64,000 bases of DNA from assembly GCF_964213995.1 (NCBI RefSeq), contig NW_027590140.1, positions 930,001-994,000 on the forward strand. Direction: 5' to 3'. Each line of letters starts with the position of its first letter. Within the stretch, counting starts at the first letter, position 1. Source of the stretch: Mustelus asterias (lineage: Eukaryota). Of this stretch, positions 61,142 to 64,000 are shown piece after piece. A program made the position numbers and the translations under genes. The notes under the pieces are model-generated. The model worked only from the letters and a program-made list of their open reading frames with translations. It did no database searches and was not told the DNA's origin.

Positions 61142-61469
61142 CGCCTTTCTTTGCTAAATGCTGGTGATTGATTTGCTGAAGGGCGTTTCGCTTAATTTTC
61201 TCACGATGTACGAACTGCGATTACAATGCACATTGCTGAGCCTCTGGCGCCAGATGCCTGCAATGTCAGTGTCCTTCATCTTTTCGACAACTCTTTAACT
61301 CCTCTGTTGAAAGGAAGAAGCAGTCGGTGTCACACAATAACAATTCGACTGGAGTCTGCGAATTATTGAGCAAATGTGTGTGTGTGTGTGTGTCTGAGGG
61401 AGAGAGAGACGAGATACGTGTGTGTGTGTTTTGGGAGAAAAATCTAGTGTCTTCGGTCAGAATGCTGTC

Positions 61470-61500
61470 GATTCCATGGTGTAACGGTTCGCACTCTGGC
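61470..61500 (+). pseudogene. tRNA-Gln 5' fragment
   Basis: gattccatggtgtaacggttcgcactctgg. Confidence 0.55.
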
Positions 61501-61792
61501 CTCTCGCCTCCGATCTCTTTTTGTTTAAATTGGGACAAATAACTGAGTGAATGTCTCCTGTCGGTGGACCCCATGCACACTGTGGCTTCCCTGCCTCTCA
61601 GCGCTTCGTATTCTTAGCAATCGTTCTCTGGGGCTGATGCAATGATGCCAGGAGAGTCTTTCGCTGCAACATCTGCAATTGATTGCGGTGGAACTTGCTG
61701 AAATTTCCTCAATGTTTATATTTCCACGTTCTGAGAATTTAAAATTAAATGCTCTTCAGAAAACCCATCATCGGCTTGAGCAAAAAACAACA

Positions 61793-61864
61793 ATCCTTCA
61801 CCGAGTTCTGAACTCCAATTGCTGCATTCGGAGTCCAGAGTGCTCACCGTCACATCACAGAACC
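61793..61864 (-). pseudogene. tRNA-Gln-derived pseudogene
   Basis: ggttctgtgatgtgacggtgagcactctggactccgaatgcagcaattggagttcagaactcgg. Confidence 0.7.
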
Positions 61865-62514
61865 AGCAACAGAGCCGCCAGGTGCAAATGGTCACTCAAA
61901 GCACGTGGCCTTTTTCATTCAATGTGGCAGTAACGGCAAGTGGGTCAAATGCTTTGAGTGACCATTTGCAGCCGGCTGCTATGTTGTAGGTTCTCTTGTC
62001 TCATGGCGAGCATTCTTCTAATATACAGAGAAAACAAATTCATCCCACTGAATCTCTCCTCCCAGGACAACCGCCTCATCATAGGATTGAATCCAGTGAA
62101 CCTTGGTTAAACATAGACAGCGAGAGAATCTAGGGAGCAAAGAGCAAAAGAGGGAACAGTGATCGATGCACAGATAGAGAGACTGAGAGAGTGTCAGAGT
62201 CTGAGACAGGTCTCCAGCGACAAAAAGAGACAGAGAGGGACAGAGAGTGAGGCAGACACCCACAATCCAATATACATACAACAGCTGTCTGAACCCACAA
62301 GCATGGGGTCCTCTGGATGGGTGAATAAAGATTACATGAATGTCCGCAAGCATTGTCACGTTTTGAAAATGTCTGGATTGCCTGTAAGGTTGTTGTGCTT
62401 ACAGAAGCCTTGCAGAGTGTGCTCAGGTTCTCAAATCATACTCCATGTGAGCCAATTGCGCCATGTCACGGGAAATAAACTAACAAACTCCACGACTTAT
62501 CCATTACAAAGCAA

Positions 62515-62604
62515 GAGGTTGTCTGGGATTGAACCGGGGAGGCCTTTCACAGTCATGCGGATTTTAACACCCAAAGCGGGAATCGTACCTTAGACCAACC
62601 ATCG
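62515..62604 (-). pseudogene. tRNA-Pro(TGG) pseudogene with an 18-nt intron (62552-62569)
   Basis: ...ggttggtctaaggtacgattcccgcttTGGg[18 nt]tgtgaaagg...ccggttcaatcccagac. Confidence 0.65.
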
Positions 62605-63039
62605 TTGGAAAACACGCATCAACTAAATATATTTTCATTACTATCTAAACGCGGATCAGACATCTGCACTGAAAAGTGATAATGTTGGAAAAACTCAGGA
62701 AATCAGCCAGCGTGTGTGCATAGGGAAACAAAGATAAACTTTCACCTCCATGACCTTTCATTAACATTGAGAATGTTTAGAAATGTAGGATGTTTAAAAC
62801 AAGTGAAATCCAGCAGGGAGGAAACATAACAGCATCTGGTATGGTGGAAACCAGGAGAAAATAAATGAGGGAAACAGAGAATGACAGAATGATTACACCA
62901 CAGAATGAGATGATTACAAAGTTAGTTGCACTACTCACCCGCGTTGTGGGTGAAGGGGAACCAGAGGGCGTACTGTACATATATTTCAACAGAACCGCAG
63001 TGATGAGGGTTGTGGGCTTGAAAATTGAACCTTACACAT

Positions 63040-63440
63040 AGAAACATAGGAACATAGGAATTGGGAGCAGATGTAGGCAAATTCAGCCCTTTGGTCCTGC
63101 TCTGCATTCAATCAGATCATGGTTGACATCTCCATGAACTGAAATCCACCTCCCCACCTGTTCTCCATATTCCCTTAATACGTTTTCTTTATCAGAAATA
63201 TATCTATCCCTTCTTGAAATCACCGCGCTATGGGGCAGCGAGTTCCACCAATTCACCACCCTTTGCGAGAAGTAGTTCTTCCTCATCTCAGTTTTAAATC
63301 AACCGGCTCTCAAACTGTACACGTGACCTCTTATTCTAGATTGCCCCATAAGGACAAACTTTTGGTCTACCTTCACTTTATCAATCCATTTATAATTTTA
63401 TATACCTCGAACAGATCCCCCCTCAAACTTCTACCCTTCA
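63040..63440 (-). mobile_element. CR1 LINE 3' fragment
   Basis: LRGDLFEVYKII, MRKNYFSQRVVNWWNSLP and a CR1 tail. Confidence 0.8.
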
Positions 63441-63643
63441 GCAGCTTGTGGGACCATATCACCTCACTGTCAATTCCGTGACCCAGCTCAATCCATGTTG
63501 TCATTGGCTGAAGGAGGCAATCATGTTCCATCAAAACAGGACATTTTGAAGTGAAACGTGTCACAAGTGAAAAAGATCTGAGATGAAAATAATGAGCAAA
63601 GGGATATATGTTAAGTCAGTTTGAAAAACGCAGTTCACCGGTT

Positions 63644-63714
63644 TCCCTGGCAGTCCAATGGTTCATGTTCAGCACTCCCCCAGTGATGTCTGGCTTCAAT
63701 TCCCGCTGAGGAAA
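63644..63714 (+). pseudogene. tRNA-Glu-like pseudogene, highly degraded
   Basis: tccctggcagtccaatggtt...ttcaattcccgctgaggaa. Confidence 0.45.
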
Positions 63715-64000
63715 ATAAGAGTATTTGCTCTCAGCAAACCATTAATAATGATCTGATTTACTCTCTGATCGAAAGCAGATCTATTAGAATCAGCCGAGTG
63801 AGGTTTGCAAGTTTATATCAGAGCTGGAAATTTCACATGTGCAACAGTTCAAGAACAAACACAGAAAGAGAAGGACAGTGATAGGCTGCAAAGTACTAAC
63901 GATTGAGATGTTGTTGCAAGGTAAAATCTGTCTGGTAATGGGTCAGAGTTTGCTGTTTATATTGACACTGAATAATGAAACTTTTCCCTCACTCTCCATT

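Overview
This is cartilaginous-fish (shark-like) genomic DNA, judged from HE1-type SINEs, CR1/Rex1/Tx1 LINEs and NAR-type V genes. The window is part of a T-cell receptor alpha/delta-type V-segment array, and no constant region is present. It holds about 8 conventional V segments in both orientations, 7 of them with 23(22)-bp-spacer RSSs. Only the one at 42403-42958 looks intact. The centrepiece is a convergent, inverted pair of NAR-TCR-like cassettes (leader, IgNAR-like V, J, then a spliced 'supporting' Vdelta with a CDR1 Cys). The minus-strand cassette (27716->23363) appears intact and the plus-strand cassette (14858->22907) is a pseudogene. The two paralogues have opposite RSS polarity: V[+10 nt]-12RSS / 23RSS-J in the intact copy, and V-23RSS / 12RSS-J in the dead copy. 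The J RSSs differ by an exact 11-bp spacer indel, so each cassette is 12/23-compatible without a separate D. Each supporting Vdelta is followed by a tandem double 23-RSS, and the intact one retains a leader-like exon. Other content: an intact two-exon GPR139/142-like GPCR inside the array, a decaying tRNA cluster (including two tRNA-Pro(TGG) copies with introns at the canonical site), a perfect 144-bp-arm palindrome carrying a Penelope-type minimal hammerhead ribozyme, minisatellites, and several templated insertions. All calls come from manual reading, repeat boundaries are approximate, and no database search was run.
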